From: an uncultured bacterium
Lineage (GTDB): Bacteria; Babelota; Babeliae; Babelales; Vermiphilaceae
Length of the DNA: 64,000 nucleotides
Assembly (NCBI GenBank): GCA_963702025.1
Contig: OY969699.1
Coordinates: 1,120,001 to 1,184,000 of the forward strand
Direction: 5' to 3'
This document shows positions 20,282-30,111 of this stretch, one piece after another. A program made the translations under genes and the position numbers. The first letter of the stretch is position 1. Each line of letters starts with the position of its first letter. The notes under the pieces are model-generated. The model was not told the DNA's origin. It made no database searches and was given only the letters and a program-made list of their open reading frames with translations.

Positions 20282-21214
20282 TTATAAAAGCAGAGCAGCC
20301 TCTTCATCTTTAATGCAGAGAGGGATATTTGGTATATTCAGCTTTTGTAATGCTTGATCAAGGCAATATTGCAATGCTTCAAGACGCTGTACTAATTGGT
20401 ACATGCGCCAGTATTCCCTAATCGCACGCGCTTCAAATGGTAACGCATAGTTTCGAACCGCTAAATAAGGATTAAAGATCGAAGGCAACCCACGTTTCAT
20501 AACATCGGTATTAATAGATTCTGCTTCGTCTTTGCTTAATTCAATAAAGTTTTTGTTCGGGGAATAGTTAAAGCTTTTCTTTTTATCTTTGATAATGCTT
20601 TGCACAATATTAGTTTGCGCTGCTGCTTGATCCGGTGACAGTTCGAAACGTGGCAGAATACGACAATCATCAAGACAGTTTTCCAGCTTCTTAATAACCT
20701 TCATAAGATCTTTCTTTTCTTTTCCAATGATTGTTTTCATGCGCACAATAAAATCATGCTCACTTTTATCATCAACCCATTGCGACTTTTTCAAGGAATT
20801 ATAAACATCGCTCTGATTTGCCATAATATCTGCCGCCAATGCCCAATTTCCTGATTTATCGGATTCATTTTGCCAGTACATTAAGTTTTCCGGTTTATCC
20901 AATGGATTAAACATGTAGCGAGTTTTGTCTTCTGCGTCTTCAACAACTGACTTCCAGTCTTTGCTATATTTATGACAATTCACCAGATATGCAGTGCTAC
21001 CCAGAGCAGCTGCTGCCATGCAGGTAATGAAAGGATGATTTTTAGGAAATAATACCGTGTTTACTGCTGCTGATGAAACTTGCGATCCAACAGCCTTGGT
21101 TCGCGCAAGCCCTTTTGCAACTTTTGTGAAAATATGTGCTTGGTTTGGTGCGGTATAAAGACCTAATCCCATACCCATTAGAATGGCGATAAGTGATACA
21201 TTACGCAATTTCAT
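20282..21214 (-). CDS. Hypothetical exported protein
   Basis: ATG 21214 preceded by GGAGG, then a signal peptide and a helical body. Confidence 0.7.
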   Translation of the reverse strand: MKLRNVSLIAILMGMGLGLYTAPNQAHIFTKVAKGLARTKAVGSQVSSAAVNTVLFPKNHPFITCMAAAALGSTAYLVNCHKYSKDWKSVVEDAEDKTRYMFNPLDKPENLMYWQNESDKSGNWALAADIMANQSDVYNSLKKSQWVDDKSEHDFIVRMKTIIGKEKKDLMKVIKKLENCLDDCRILPRFELSPDQAAAQTNIVQSIIKDKKKSFNYSPNKNFIELSKDEAESINTDVMKRGLPSIFNPYLAVRNYALPFEARAIREYWRMYQLVQRLEALQYCLDQALQKLNIPNIPLCIKDEEAALLL

Positions 21215-21374
21215 AGAATAACCTCCGTTAGAAGATATCATTGTGATATATATATTTTACTTTATAGTGTTATATTTTTTTGTCAATGCGATTAAAGCCA
21301 GCCAGGCAATCTGAACCTTAAAATGCTTAATAATAGCATCTTCTGTTTTAAAAATAATGTTTCAATTTGTAATT

Positions 21375-22559
21375 TTAGAGAGAAAACGGCTCGCCCGCTA
21401 CGATCATTCTTTTCAATTGGGAAAGACTGTGGCTCTTACCAAGAACACAAAATCCCTTGAGCCTACTTGAGTTTGCCAGATACTGATGGCAATAATCGGA
21501 ACCCTCCTGCACAAGAAGTTGATCGCCCCCCTCGCATGGATCCATAAGACCGGCCTGAGCAAAATCAAGCCCAAAAAAGGACGAACTCACAATGATCGCT
21601 GCTCCCTTATATTCTTTTGGTTGGCCCACCATTGCCTGCGCCGCATGAAGACCTTGCAACATGGCATCGGGCCAGGTGCAACTGGCAATCAACTGATTTT
21701 TGAGGGTATCAACTATTTCTATCGCATCCCCTCCGGCATATATATCGGGCGCAGAGGTCTGCAAATAACCATTTACACTAATTCCCTGAGAGCCAATAAG
21801 AATGCCAGCTTCCTGGGCAAGCTTAGTATTCGGCCGCACACCGGTTGCAATAATAACAGCGTCTGCCTCATGCAATTGCCCCGATACTAACCGTACGCCA
21901 AATACCTTCCCTTGCTCAGATTCAATAGCACATACTGATTGATTCATGAGCAGTCTTGCCCCAAGTGCTTCTATCTGAGATTGCAAGAAATGCGAAGCGT
22001 GATCATTTAAAAAATGCGGCAACAATCTCGCTTGTTGTTCGATAATAGTAGTATGAATGCCCGAACGAATCAGAACATCGGCACATTCAAGGCCACTCAA
22101 CCCTGCACCTACGACCATTGCCCGTCTGACCCCCTGCCTCTTAATTGCATCCAGCAACTGGTAGGTGTCGGCTAAGGTATGAAATGTATACAATCCCTTC
22201 AAGGAGTACTCAGTAACAAAATCCGGAAGAAAAGGTGATGACCCCAGGCCTAAAAAAAGGGTGTCATAATTGACTGTTGAACCATCAGAGCAATGCAAAC
22301 TTTTTTTTACTATATCCAATGAAATAACCGCGGTATTGTATAAAAATTCCGTCCCCGTATGCTCACTTAAAGGCAGCAGTACCTGGTCATACTGCTTTGC
22401 GCCGGCCAGAAAATCGGCAAGCAAACACTTATTGTAGGGCAACTCTTTTTCTCGAGAAATACAAGTTATTTTCGCATCAGGCGCTAAACGCCGCAGTCGA
22501 TTGAGAACAGCAATTCCTGCCGCTGAGGCTCCAATAATTACAAAATGATGATTTGACAT
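21375..22559 (-). CDS. NAD(P)/FAD-dependent oxidoreductase (rubredoxin/nitrite reductase-like)
   Basis: IIGASAAG, GAGLSGLE, ATGVRPN and IYAGGD motifs. Confidence 0.88.
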   Translation of the reverse strand: MSNHHFVIIGASAAGIAVLNRLRRLAPDAKITCISREKELPYNKCLLADFLAGAKQYDQVLLPLSEHTGTEFLYNTAVISLDIVKKSLHCSDGSTVNYDTLFLGLGSSPFLPDFVTEYSLKGLYTFHTLADTYQLLDAIKRQGVRRAMVVGAGLSGLECADVLIRSGIHTTIIEQQARLLPHFLNDHASHFLQSQIEALGARLLMNQSVCAIESEQGKVFGVRLVSGQLHEADAVIIATGVRPNTKLAQEAGILIGSQGISVNGYLQTSAPDIYAGGDAIEIVDTLKNQLIASCTWPDAMLQGLHAAQAMVGQPKEYKGAAIIVSSSFFGLDFAQAGLMDPCEGGDQLLVQEGSDYCHQYLANSSRLKGFCVLGKSHSLSQLKRMIVAGEPFSL

Positions 22560-22716
22560 GGATTACTATGTATAGAAATTGTATTAGTGCGTTAAAAACT
22601 AGTGATATTTCTGATTCTATCAGATTGGATGAAAGATACCAAATTCTTGTTTTTTCCCAAAAAAAAATGGAAGACTTGCAAATGTATTTCGCACGTGTTT
22701 TAAAAAGGAGATATCT

Positions 22717-23940
22717 ATGCGAATAATAAAATATCTATCCCTGCTCAGCCTTTTAACCAGTATCATGATTGCAGAGGGAGCAGCAAATCCTAAACGCCCC
22801 TGGACATTTTTAGTCTATATGGCGGCCGACAACAACCTTAATCCTGAAGCAGACTATAATATCGCCCAAATGGTAAAAGCGAGTACCGTAAACAATGTCT
22901 ATATTCTGGTGTATCTCAACATCAAGCGCAGCGGCCAAGATAAAATGACACAGCGCTTAATAATCCAAAATGGCAAAATTCTCCAAGAAGGTGAAACAAC
23001 GGTAGAAGATAGCGGCGATCCACAAACATTAATTAAAGCATTGGTTTGGGCAATCACTGAATATCCATCCGCTCATCTGTTTGTGGATCTGTGGAACCAT
23101 GGTTCTGGGTCACTTAATCGTTCCGTTCTTGCGCATCGCGGCGTTTGTTATGATGATACTACCGGCCATTATTTAACCGATCTTGCCTATAAGAGCGCAT
23201 TTGATGTGGCAGTTAATCAATATCTCAATGGTCAAAAAATCGATATTATTGCCTTTGATGCGTGCTTGATGTCGGACATTGAAGTAGCATTTACGCTCGC
23301 GCCATATGCCAATTATATGGTTGCATCACAACAAACCGTTCCGGGTCCCGGATATGATTATTCGTTGGTGCTGGCGCCATTTGCAAAAGGAACACCGGAT
23401 GCGCAATCACTGGCACGCTCAATCGTAGCGGCATATAACACTTCCTATAAAAATAGCGAAGAATCCTATACGCTTGCCGCAACAGATTTAGGTAAACTTT
23501 CTGCAATAGTCGGTGCAACAAATAACATTGCTCAGCTTTTGGATACTTATCTTGCATCGGATGTTAACGGTTCATTGCAACAGGTTATCGCGCAAAGCGC
23601 CGATCCTTCTGTATGCGCCCATTTTGATGAACCGACCTATCTTGACTTGTATACCTTTTATGCAAATCTTTATACCCGCATAAATAGTGCAGGATTAAGC
23701 AGCGCTAATCTGGCAGCACTGCGCACTGCACTAAAAGCGGGCCTCTCATCAATTTCACAAGCAGTATTTGCTAATGTCCACAGCAATTCTGATTTTGCAA
23801 AAGTCCGTGGACAATCTATTTACTTTGCCGATATTAATGCTGGCGTTGAGCCATCATATGGTGAGTTGTATTGGACACAACAAAATCCACAATGGGCGCA
23901 ATTATTAAATGATTATGTTTATCTTGCAAGTAATGCTTAA
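22717..23940 (+). CDS. Clostripain-family (C11) cysteine peptidase, secreted
   Basis: WTFLVYMAADNNL, WNHGSG and FDACLM motifs. Signal peptide and AGGAG RBS. Confidence 0.9.
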   Translation: MRIIKYLSLLSLLTSIMIAEGAANPKRPWTFLVYMAADNNLNPEADYNIAQMVKASTVNNVYILVYLNIKRSGQDKMTQRLIIQNGKILQEGETTVEDSGDPQTLIKALVWAITEYPSAHLFVDLWNHGSGSLNRSVLAHRGVCYDDTTGHYLTDLAYKSAFDVAVNQYLNGQKIDIIAFDACLMSDIEVAFTLAPYANYMVASQQTVPGPGYDYSLVLAPFAKGTPDAQSLARSIVAAYNTSYKNSEESYTLAATDLGKLSAIVGATNNIAQLLDTYLASDVNGSLQQVIAQSADPSVCAHFDEPTYLDLYTFYANLYTRINSAGLSSANLAALRTALKAGLSSISQAVFANVHSNSDFAKVRGQSIYFADINAGVEPSYGELYWTQQNPQWAQLLNDYVYLASNA

Positions 23941-23964
23941 AAGTAAAATTTCACTATCTAGAAA

Positions 23965-23988
23965 GGCCCGGGTGATTTCCCCGGGCCC
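23965..23988. terminator. GC-rich hairpin between convergent units
   Basis: ggcccgggtgatttccccgggcc. Confidence 0.6.
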
Positions 23989-24010
23989 GTATCTTTTGTG
24001 CTAAAAATGT

Positions 24011-24292
24011 AATGTGCCCGACCGGGATCGAACCGGTGGCCTCCCTACTTCGCTAAAGCTACGAAGGGCTTACGGCAGATTGAGATCTACCGCTCTTTCA
24101 AACTTCTTTGCATAGCTTGTGATTGCTTAAACATTAATGTGCCCGACCGGGATCGAACCGGTGGCCTCCCTACTTCGCTAAAGCTACGAAGGGCTTACGG
24201 CAGATTGGGATCTACCGCTCTTTCAAACTTATTTGCATAGCTTGTGATTGCTTAAACATTAATGTGCCCGACCGGGATCGAACCGGTGGCCT
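24011..24292 (-). repeat. 125-bp tandem repeat of degenerate tRNA-Arg(CCT) copies
   Basis: aatgtgcccgaccgggatcgaaccggtggcct starts at 24011, 24136 and 24261. The first two copies carry a 32-nt insert and lack the 5' acceptor strand. Confidence 0.92.
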
Positions 24293-24337
24293 GCAGATTA
24301 GGAATCTACCGCTCTATCCAAACTGAGCTACGGGCAC
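24263..24337 (-). tRNA. tRNA-Arg(CCT), CCA not encoded
   Basis: Reverse complement GTGCCCG TA GCTC AGTTTGGATA GAGC G GTAGA TTCCTAA TCTGC AGGCC ACCGG TTCGATC CCGGT CGGGCAC A folds as a cloverleaf. Confidence 0.95.
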
Positions 24338-24570
24338 AAATAAAGATTTCAAAGTACCCCAAGTATCTTGCCCGTGACTCCTGAGCGGAGTTTATCCTGA
24401 GCGAGCCTTTGCGAGTCGAAGGGGGCACAAATAAAGATTTCAAAGTACCCCAAGTATCTTGCCCGTGGCTCCTGAGCGGAGTTTATCCTGAGCGAGCCTT
24501 TGCGAGTCGAAGGGGGCACTAATAAACTATTTCAAAGTACACTCCAATATTATGACCGTGAGTTTATCCT
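24332..24570. repeat. 91-bp tandem repeat upstream of tRNA-Arg(CCT) carrying a palindromic element
   Basis: gggcac(a/t)aataaa...ttcaaagtac starts at 24332, 24423 and 24514 (third copy degenerate). Each full unit contains gcggagtttatcctgagcgagcctttgcgagtcgaaggg. Confidence 0.9.
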
Positions 24571-24667
24571 GCCTACCCGCCGTCCTTCGAGATGCAGCTT
24601 CGCTGCTCCACAGGATGAGCGGAAGGAAGCCTTTAGTCCTGAGTTTAACGAAGGGCTTGAGGTAGGC
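24571..24667. repeat. Nested palindromic elements
   Basis: 24581-24623 is the near reverse complement of 55551-55595. A further tcctgag..cgaaggg variant follows. Outer arms gcctacc / ggtaggc. Confidence 0.75.
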
Positions 24668-24671
24668 TGGG

Positions 24672-26405
24672 TTACCAGCTTCCGCCACCACCACCGCCTC
24701 CGCCGCCACCCGATGAACCGCCTCCGCCAAAGCCTGAAGATGATCCGGGAGGAGTGCCAGACGATGAAATACCGGAACTAGAAGCAACCGATGATGCAAG
24801 AGAACTTCCTAAACCGGAAGCAAAACTCTCCGTTCCAAATCTATTAAAATCCCCCACATACCAGATCGGATGATACGGATGGCCCTGTTGCGCCATATGA
24901 GCAAAGATTGGTGCAAATTGATGCGACCATTGTTGCTCAACGCCAAGTGCCACTGCATAGGGTAAATATTTTTCATATAATTCCGGTGTTCGCGTTGGCG
25001 GTGTGCCGATAATTTTTAATCGTTCAGTTTCGGTAGTTTCTAGAAATAGTTTAAACCCTTCAATCTCATCATGCAATTTTCTGCCCAATTTGGTGTAGCC
25101 CCGCGTTCCATAATAATAAAGGACCACGATGAAAATTGCTATTGCGGCAACAATAAAAAAATATTCATAAGAAATACCGGCCCCAGACAAAAGAATAAAA
25201 CCAACCACACCAACAAAAAGAATTATGCCGATTTTAATCAAAGAATCAATGTGCTCATCAAAGAAACGATTCAGCGGCGCTAAAATAGTATCTTTAAAAT
25301 AAAGTATCGCTGAAGCAATCACCGTCTGATTTTTTTGTTGCACCGTCAGAGTGTCCGATTTTTTAAACAAAAGATCGAGTAATGGCTGGTATTGTTTTTG
25401 CATGTCTTTATCGCCATCACCAGTCTTTTTGAGCGTGTATTGGTTTGATAAAAAAGACTTTTTATATTCTATGGTTAAAAATCCATGCACCGCCATATTG
25501 ATTATCTCAGCGGCAAACCCGGTGTGATCATAACCAAATTTAGTCAAGTAGCGCACCGCGCCGGGCGTGAAATCTTTGGGCGGATAAAATAATGGAATTA
25601 CCGTGCCGGAATTTTGTTCTTTATTGATGCGATACCAACTGAAAAAACAATAAAGCAATAAGGTGAGTAGCGAAAGCAATAACCAAAAGAGGCCAGCATT
25701 ATCTTTTATAAAATAGGACAGTTTGGTGAAGAATGTTGGCGCATGCATATAGCCTTTGGGCCATTTGAGCACGATTGTTAATCCCTGGCCGGGAAATAGT
25801 TTTTGCGTTGTTGTCCACCCCACCAATGAAGGCCCGGCCGTAGCGGCCTGATAATTAGTTCCTGTTTCACGCTGATGACCGGTAAATGCAGTAAACTCCA
25901 AAAGATTTTCAGAAATTGCATCCGGCAATTTCACCTGCACACTGGCGCGTTCAATGGGCACACGCCACCCATTACCCGTAACGTTCCAATATAATTCATC
26001 ATGATTTTCGAAATACCCTAACTGGCGATTGGTAGTATAGACAATTTCATAGGTATAAGCACCGCCAGCAAGCATAAGATCTGGATCACCGATTTTTACG
26101 CGTTTGCCGTTGGCAAAGTTGCTGACGGTATAGGGAACCGGCGCGCCATCTTTGGTCACACTTTCAATCTTGAATCCCACATTATAATGAATATTATGAG
26201 TATCCACATAGTGTGTGGGGAAATCACGAAATATGCCATGCCGATCCGAGGGCAATGCATAAATGATTGTTTCATGCACGCGCATCTGCGAATCAGCATA
26301 AATGGTTATATCACTATGGAAATTAATAATGCGTTCCGTGAATGCAGATAATGCACTCACCGGCCAGATAAGAGCAAGGAACAAAAAAGTGGATATATTT
26401 TTCAT
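24672..26405 (-). CDS. DUF2207 family membrane protein
   Basis: HGIFRD, DELYWNVTG, YEKYLPYAVALGVE and a C-terminal GGGGGGSW. Downstream of lemA. Confidence 0.9.
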   Translation of the reverse strand: MKNISTFLFLALIWPVSALSAFTERIINFHSDITIYADSQMRVHETIIYALPSDRHGIFRDFPTHYVDTHNIHYNVGFKIESVTKDGAPVPYTVSNFANGKRVKIGDPDLMLAGGAYTYEIVYTTNRQLGYFENHDELYWNVTGNGWRVPIERASVQVKLPDAISENLLEFTAFTGHQRETGTNYQAATAGPSLVGWTTTQKLFPGQGLTIVLKWPKGYMHAPTFFTKLSYFIKDNAGLFWLLLSLLTLLLYCFFSWYRINKEQNSGTVIPLFYPPKDFTPGAVRYLTKFGYDHTGFAAEIINMAVHGFLTIEYKKSFLSNQYTLKKTGDGDKDMQKQYQPLLDLLFKKSDTLTVQQKNQTVIASAILYFKDTILAPLNRFFDEHIDSLIKIGIILFVGVVGFILLSGAGISYEYFFIVAAIAIFIVVLYYYGTRGYTKLGRKLHDEIEGFKLFLETTETERLKIIGTPPTRTPELYEKYLPYAVALGVEQQWSHQFAPIFAHMAQQGHPYHPIWYVGDFNRFGTESFASGLGSSLASSVASSSGISSSGTPPGSSSGFGGGGSSGGGGGGGGGGSW

Positions 26406-26424
26406 ATCACACCTCTTTTTTTGA

Positions 26425-26991
26425 TTAAAACTGCACCTTGGGATTTTCTCGTTCGGCTGCTGAACCCAACTCAAAATAGGAGACCGGGTTAAAGCCGCCC
26501 ATTCCTGCAACAATGCGTGATGGAAAACTTTGCACCAACACGTTAAAGTTGCGCGCAGCACCATTATAATAGCGGCGTGAAAGTTGAATTTCATGCTCAA
26601 GCGCTGAAAGCTCTTTTTGTAATGCCAAAAAGTTTTCATTTGCTTTGAGGTTTGGATAATTTTCAGCCACGGCAAAAAGCGTCCGCAGTGCGTGCGTTAA
26701 CCCTTTTTCCGCTTCTGCTTTTTGATCGACGGTTGTCGCACTCATAGAAGCCGAACGCGCACGCGCAATCTCTTCAAAAATTCCTTTCTCATGAGTTGCA
26801 TACTGTTTTACCGTTGCAACAAGATTGGGAATCAAATCATAGCGGCGCTTAAGCTGCACATCGATGCCGCTCCATGCTTCATCAATAAGTGCTTTTAAAT
26901 GCACTAAGTTATTAAACGTGCCAATGAACCAGAGCGCTAATAGTCCAATGATTCCGCCAATAACCAATAAGGCAATAAAAAATGAGGTCAT
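26425..26991 (-). CDS. lemA: LemA family protein
   Basis: AWSGIDVQLKRRYDLIPNLV, AVAENYPNLKAN and RRYYN motifs. Confidence 0.95.
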   Translation of the reverse strand: MTSFFIALLVIGGIIGLLALWFIGTFNNLVHLKALIDEAWSGIDVQLKRRYDLIPNLVATVKQYATHEKGIFEEIARARSASMSATTVDQKAEAEKGLTHALRTLFAVAENYPNLKANENFLALQKELSALEHEIQLSRRYYNGAARNFNVLVQSFPSRIVAGMGGFNPVSYFELGSAAERENPKVQF

Positions 26992-27182
26992 AGTGCCCCC
27001 TTTTGTTTTAAAATGGTTTTACAAAAATCGTAATATTCTTGATCAAGAATAGATAAATAAAGATCATTTACTCTGACACCATTGATCATAAAATTTTCAG
27101 ATTGTATTAATGGGGTTGGCGATATGGTAGATATTGAAAGCAATGCGAAGATATTGAGAAGAAAAGCTGTTTTTTGCGTCAT
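26988..27182 (-). CDS. Small hypothetical protein
   Basis: 64 aa, preceded by GGAGG, signal-like N-terminus, 4-bp overlap with lemA. Confidence 0.45.
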   Translation of the reverse strand: MTQKTAFLLNIFALLSISTISPTPLIQSENFMINGVRVNDLYLSILDQEYYDFCKTILKQKGAL

Positions 27183-27301
27183 CGTTCCTCCACGACAAAC
27201 AGATTATTTTCTATCTATAGAATATCATTTTTGCTGTATTTGTCGATGAAAAGAGTTATGAGAAACAATGAATTATTAAGGATTCTAAACCTTTTTTTAG
27301 A

Positions 27302-28177
27302 TTATTTTTTCGCAGTGGCTGGCTGTTGAATAGCTTGCACGCCAAGATATGCAATTTTTTTAACTATATCTAAAGGTAATCCTGCTTGAAATTTCTGGCT
27401 TATGCACCAATCATCTTTACGGGGTTGTACATAGCCCAAGCCATGCATTGTATTGTAATATGCTCTTAGAATGCGACCTACCTTTTTTATTTTTTTAATT
27501 TTCGGACTATCGATTCCGGCCCAAACACTTAAGAATGCTTTAGTTGGCTGATCAAGTTTCGTTCCCCGATCAGTTTCTTCATCAACATGCCATGCAGCTT
27601 CACATTCAATCTTACCCCATTCCAATGTTTTTACCAGATCTAATTTTGTAACATTAGAAAAGCTCAATGCAATCATAATATTATCCTCAAGTGCAGAAAA
27701 AGGAATACGAGGAAAACCAGCTTTCAATTGAACCATTCTTTCAAGAAGCCTGAGAGGAGCGGTGCCATTCTTTTTTGGATCCCAGATGGCGCCGGCGCGC
27801 AAAAACGGTTCTAAATCGCCCACGCATCGTGCATTCAAAAAAGCTGCGTGTAAAGCAGTAGATCCATTTCCATTTACACTGCAGTGATTAATATCCTGAG
27901 TACGATTTATCAGTTCTAGAATGTGAGGCTTTAATGTATCGTCGGTTTGCATACCTAGTACGCACAATGCGTGAAGCGGCGTTAAACTATTGTCGCATTT
28001 ATTGGCGTCACATGAATTGATTAGAGCAATTTTTTCGGCGACACTCTTCGCATTAACAATTGTTTCAGCAAAGGTTAAAGCTTTAGACGCAGCCAGAGGA
28101 GTTAACGCCTCCGGCTCCGACATAGATTGAATAGAAAAACTTATGAATATAAAAGGTAAAATGTAATATACAGTCAT
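27302..28177 (-). CDS. Secreted ankyrin-like protein with C-terminal F-box-like motif
   Basis: TPLHAL and GSTALHAA repeats. C-terminal LPLDIVKKIAYL. Signal peptide. Confidence 0.7.
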   Translation of the reverse strand: MTVYYILPFIFISFSIQSMSEPEALTPLAASKALTFAETIVNAKSVAEKIALINSCDANKCDNSLTPLHALCVLGMQTDDTLKPHILELINRTQDINHCSVNGNGSTALHAAFLNARCVGDLEPFLRAGAIWDPKKNGTAPLRLLERMVQLKAGFPRIPFSALEDNIMIALSFSNVTKLDLVKTLEWGKIECEAAWHVDEETDRGTKLDQPTKAFLSVWAGIDSPKIKKIKKVGRILRAYYNTMHGLGYVQPRKDDWCISQKFQAGLPLDIVKKIAYLGVQAIQQPATAKK

Positions 28178-28384
28178 GGTTAATCCCTTTAAAGATGTCG
28201 CCAGTTATTTAAAGCTTCTGGCATTCAGATTCTTCTAAACTTTATTTAGTTGAAAAAAATAATTTTAAAGTTTTAAAAGAGAATACAAGAAAAATAATCT
28301 TAAATGAACATTTTCTTTGAATAACCAAGAGAATTCATTATAATTGCTAAACGTGAATACCTAAATAAAGCAAAGGAAATACGA

Positions 28385-28836
28385 ATGAAATTTTTTTACT
28401 TATACCACTTTTCTGCTTACCCCTAGCACATTCAGCCAAAGCAATGATTATTTTAACAAACGAAGCCGATGAGAAATCTGGAAAGTTTACTCTCACAATA
28501 AACGCAAATACTGCACCGGTAGATATTATGGATGTAGTTGACCGCGCGTTGCCCGAAAAACCGAAAAATGACGAGCCCAAGACAGAATTGCGTAAGAAAA
28601 TTGAGTCTTATAATTTGACCAAACAAAAAAAGCAAAATATGATCACCGGAAGATTGCTTTGCTTTAAAAAAGGCATAGCGCCAGAAACCGTCACCGATGA
28701 TATGGCCATGGAAAGTTATAACATTGATCTAACCCTTAAGATGTTGGATGCTTTTAAAGAGCTTCAGCCCGAATCGTATGGCTATCTCTTAGCGTATCTC
28801 CATGCAAAAAATAGCCAGCGAGAAAAGCAAAAATAA
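28385..28836 (+). pseudogene. Secreted hypothetical protein frameshifted in a T7 run within its signal peptide (intact ORF 28444-28836)
   Basis: RBS plus ATG at 28385. One extra T at 28391-28397 gives MKFFLLIPLFCLPLAHSAKA-MIILT, fused to ORF 28444. Confidence 0.6.
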
Positions 28837-28886
28837 TAATACTTGGATCAATTACTTGTCAACCCAGCGATACTAAGCTTTTTATC

Positions 28887-29465
28887 TCAACTAATTTTAT
28901 AAAGCACATGCTTTGCTCCGTTTCTAAATAAATAATCTTGGATTGATTTGGGAGCACCGCTATTCACCGCTACATCTAATGGAGTTCCTTCTATTATCGA
29001 GTTGCCATCCTTTTCTACATACCGATTAACATCAGCATCCAACATCTCTTTGAGAATTTCGTTATGCTTTTCTTCATCTTCATGCCATTTACCAAAGCAA
29101 ACAATATGAAAAAGTCTTTTGGAATCATACCTTAAAGAGATTTTAATACCATCCGTTTTCAAAAGAAATTTGGTTGCCTCATAATTGCCACACTTAACCG
29201 CATTATACAATGCAGCATAATGGCTTTTGCAAACATCATGCGCTGCTCCCTTGGTGATAATGCCATCAAGATCAGGATGATGATTCCAATCATAATGTTG
29301 ATAATACATTTGCGTTACTTTATCAAGATCATTTTCTGCTGCCGCTTTACAAAATCTTTTACGAATAGCTATTACTGATTCTTGAGCATCAGATAATTCC
29401 ATACTGTGTATGGAACAAGCGCTTAACAATTCAAAGGTTAATAAAAATACTAGCTTGTTAATCAT
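28887..29465 (-). CDS. Secreted ankyrin-repeat protein
   Basis: ALYNAVKCGNYEATKFLL and GTPLDVAV repeats. Signal peptide ends IHS-ME. Confidence 0.78.
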   Translation of the reverse strand: MINKLVFLLTFELLSACSIHSMELSDAQESVIAIRKRFCKAAAENDLDKVTQMYYQHYDWNHHPDLDGIITKGAAHDVCKSHYAALYNAVKCGNYEATKFLLKTDGIKISLRYDSKRLFHIVCFGKWHEDEEKHNEILKEMLDADVNRYVEKDGNSIIEGTPLDVAVNSGAPKSIQDYLFRNGAKHVLYKIS

Positions 29466-29482
29466 TACTGCGCCTTCAAAAT

Positions 29483-30061
29483 CTACTTTTTATCATCAAC
29501 AACTTTTTCTTCAAAAACAGTAGTTGCTTCGATTGAAGATTTCTCAAACCTTGAACCATCAACAACGAGTTTTAGTTGAATAGATTGTATCGCCTGCTGT
29601 TTTTCGTCACTCAATTTTTTAAGATTCAGGATAATACTTCTACTCTCTGGCTTTACTGCACCAATCATATGGCGAGTAAGTAATAAATGAAATTCCTTAT
29701 TATCAATAATAAAATATGCCAGCTGCAACGCCTTAACATTATCTGCCGGTATTTTAAAAAAGTAATCTTGACTTTCTTTGAGAGGAATATTGACTACTTC
29801 CGGTTTATCATTTTTTTCTGATAAATCTTTAATTTTTTGATTTTCGGCAATACCAAATTTTCTATCACCAACAATAAGCTTTCCGATGCTCAACTCGATG
29901 TTTTGTTTGCCCGTTGCGGGCAATTCTTGGTTCATTTTATTGTACACCGATTCTAACAAAACAGGAATTTCACCCAACGTAGTTGCAGCGCAAATAAATA
30001 GTGGATTACTTATTATCAGTGCAGCGAATAAATAAGAATATATTTTTAATTTCTTTATCAT
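29483..30061 (-). CDS. Hypothetical exported protein
   Basis: 192-aa ORF with a signal peptide. Confidence 0.65.
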   Translation of the reverse strand: MIKKLKIYSYLFAALIISNPLFICAATTLGEIPVLLESVYNKMNQELPATGKQNIELSIGKLIVGDRKFGIAENQKIKDLSEKNDKPEVVNIPLKESQDYFFKIPADNVKALQLAYFIIDNKEFHLLLTRHMIGAVKPESRSIILNLKKLSDEKQQAIQSIQLKLVVDGSRFEKSSIEATTVFEEKVVDDKK

Positions 30062-30111
30062 GGTGAGTTCTCAAGAAAATTGTGGTGATAGAACAAATAA
30101 TAGTAATTTTA

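Noticed and set aside
24013..24260. Two extra functional (intron-containing or long-arm) tRNAs
   Set aside because: The 5' acceptor strand is missing, the D-arm has decayed and the anticodon loop is 6 nt. The insert is not at a canonical intron position.
24011..24570. CRISPR array
   Set aside because: The units are near-identical along their whole length, have no unique spacers, derive from a tRNA, and have no cas genes nearby.
24500..24799. ORFs 24500-24781 and 24527-24799
   Set aside because: They are shadows of the Gly-rich DUF2207 tail and the repeat region.
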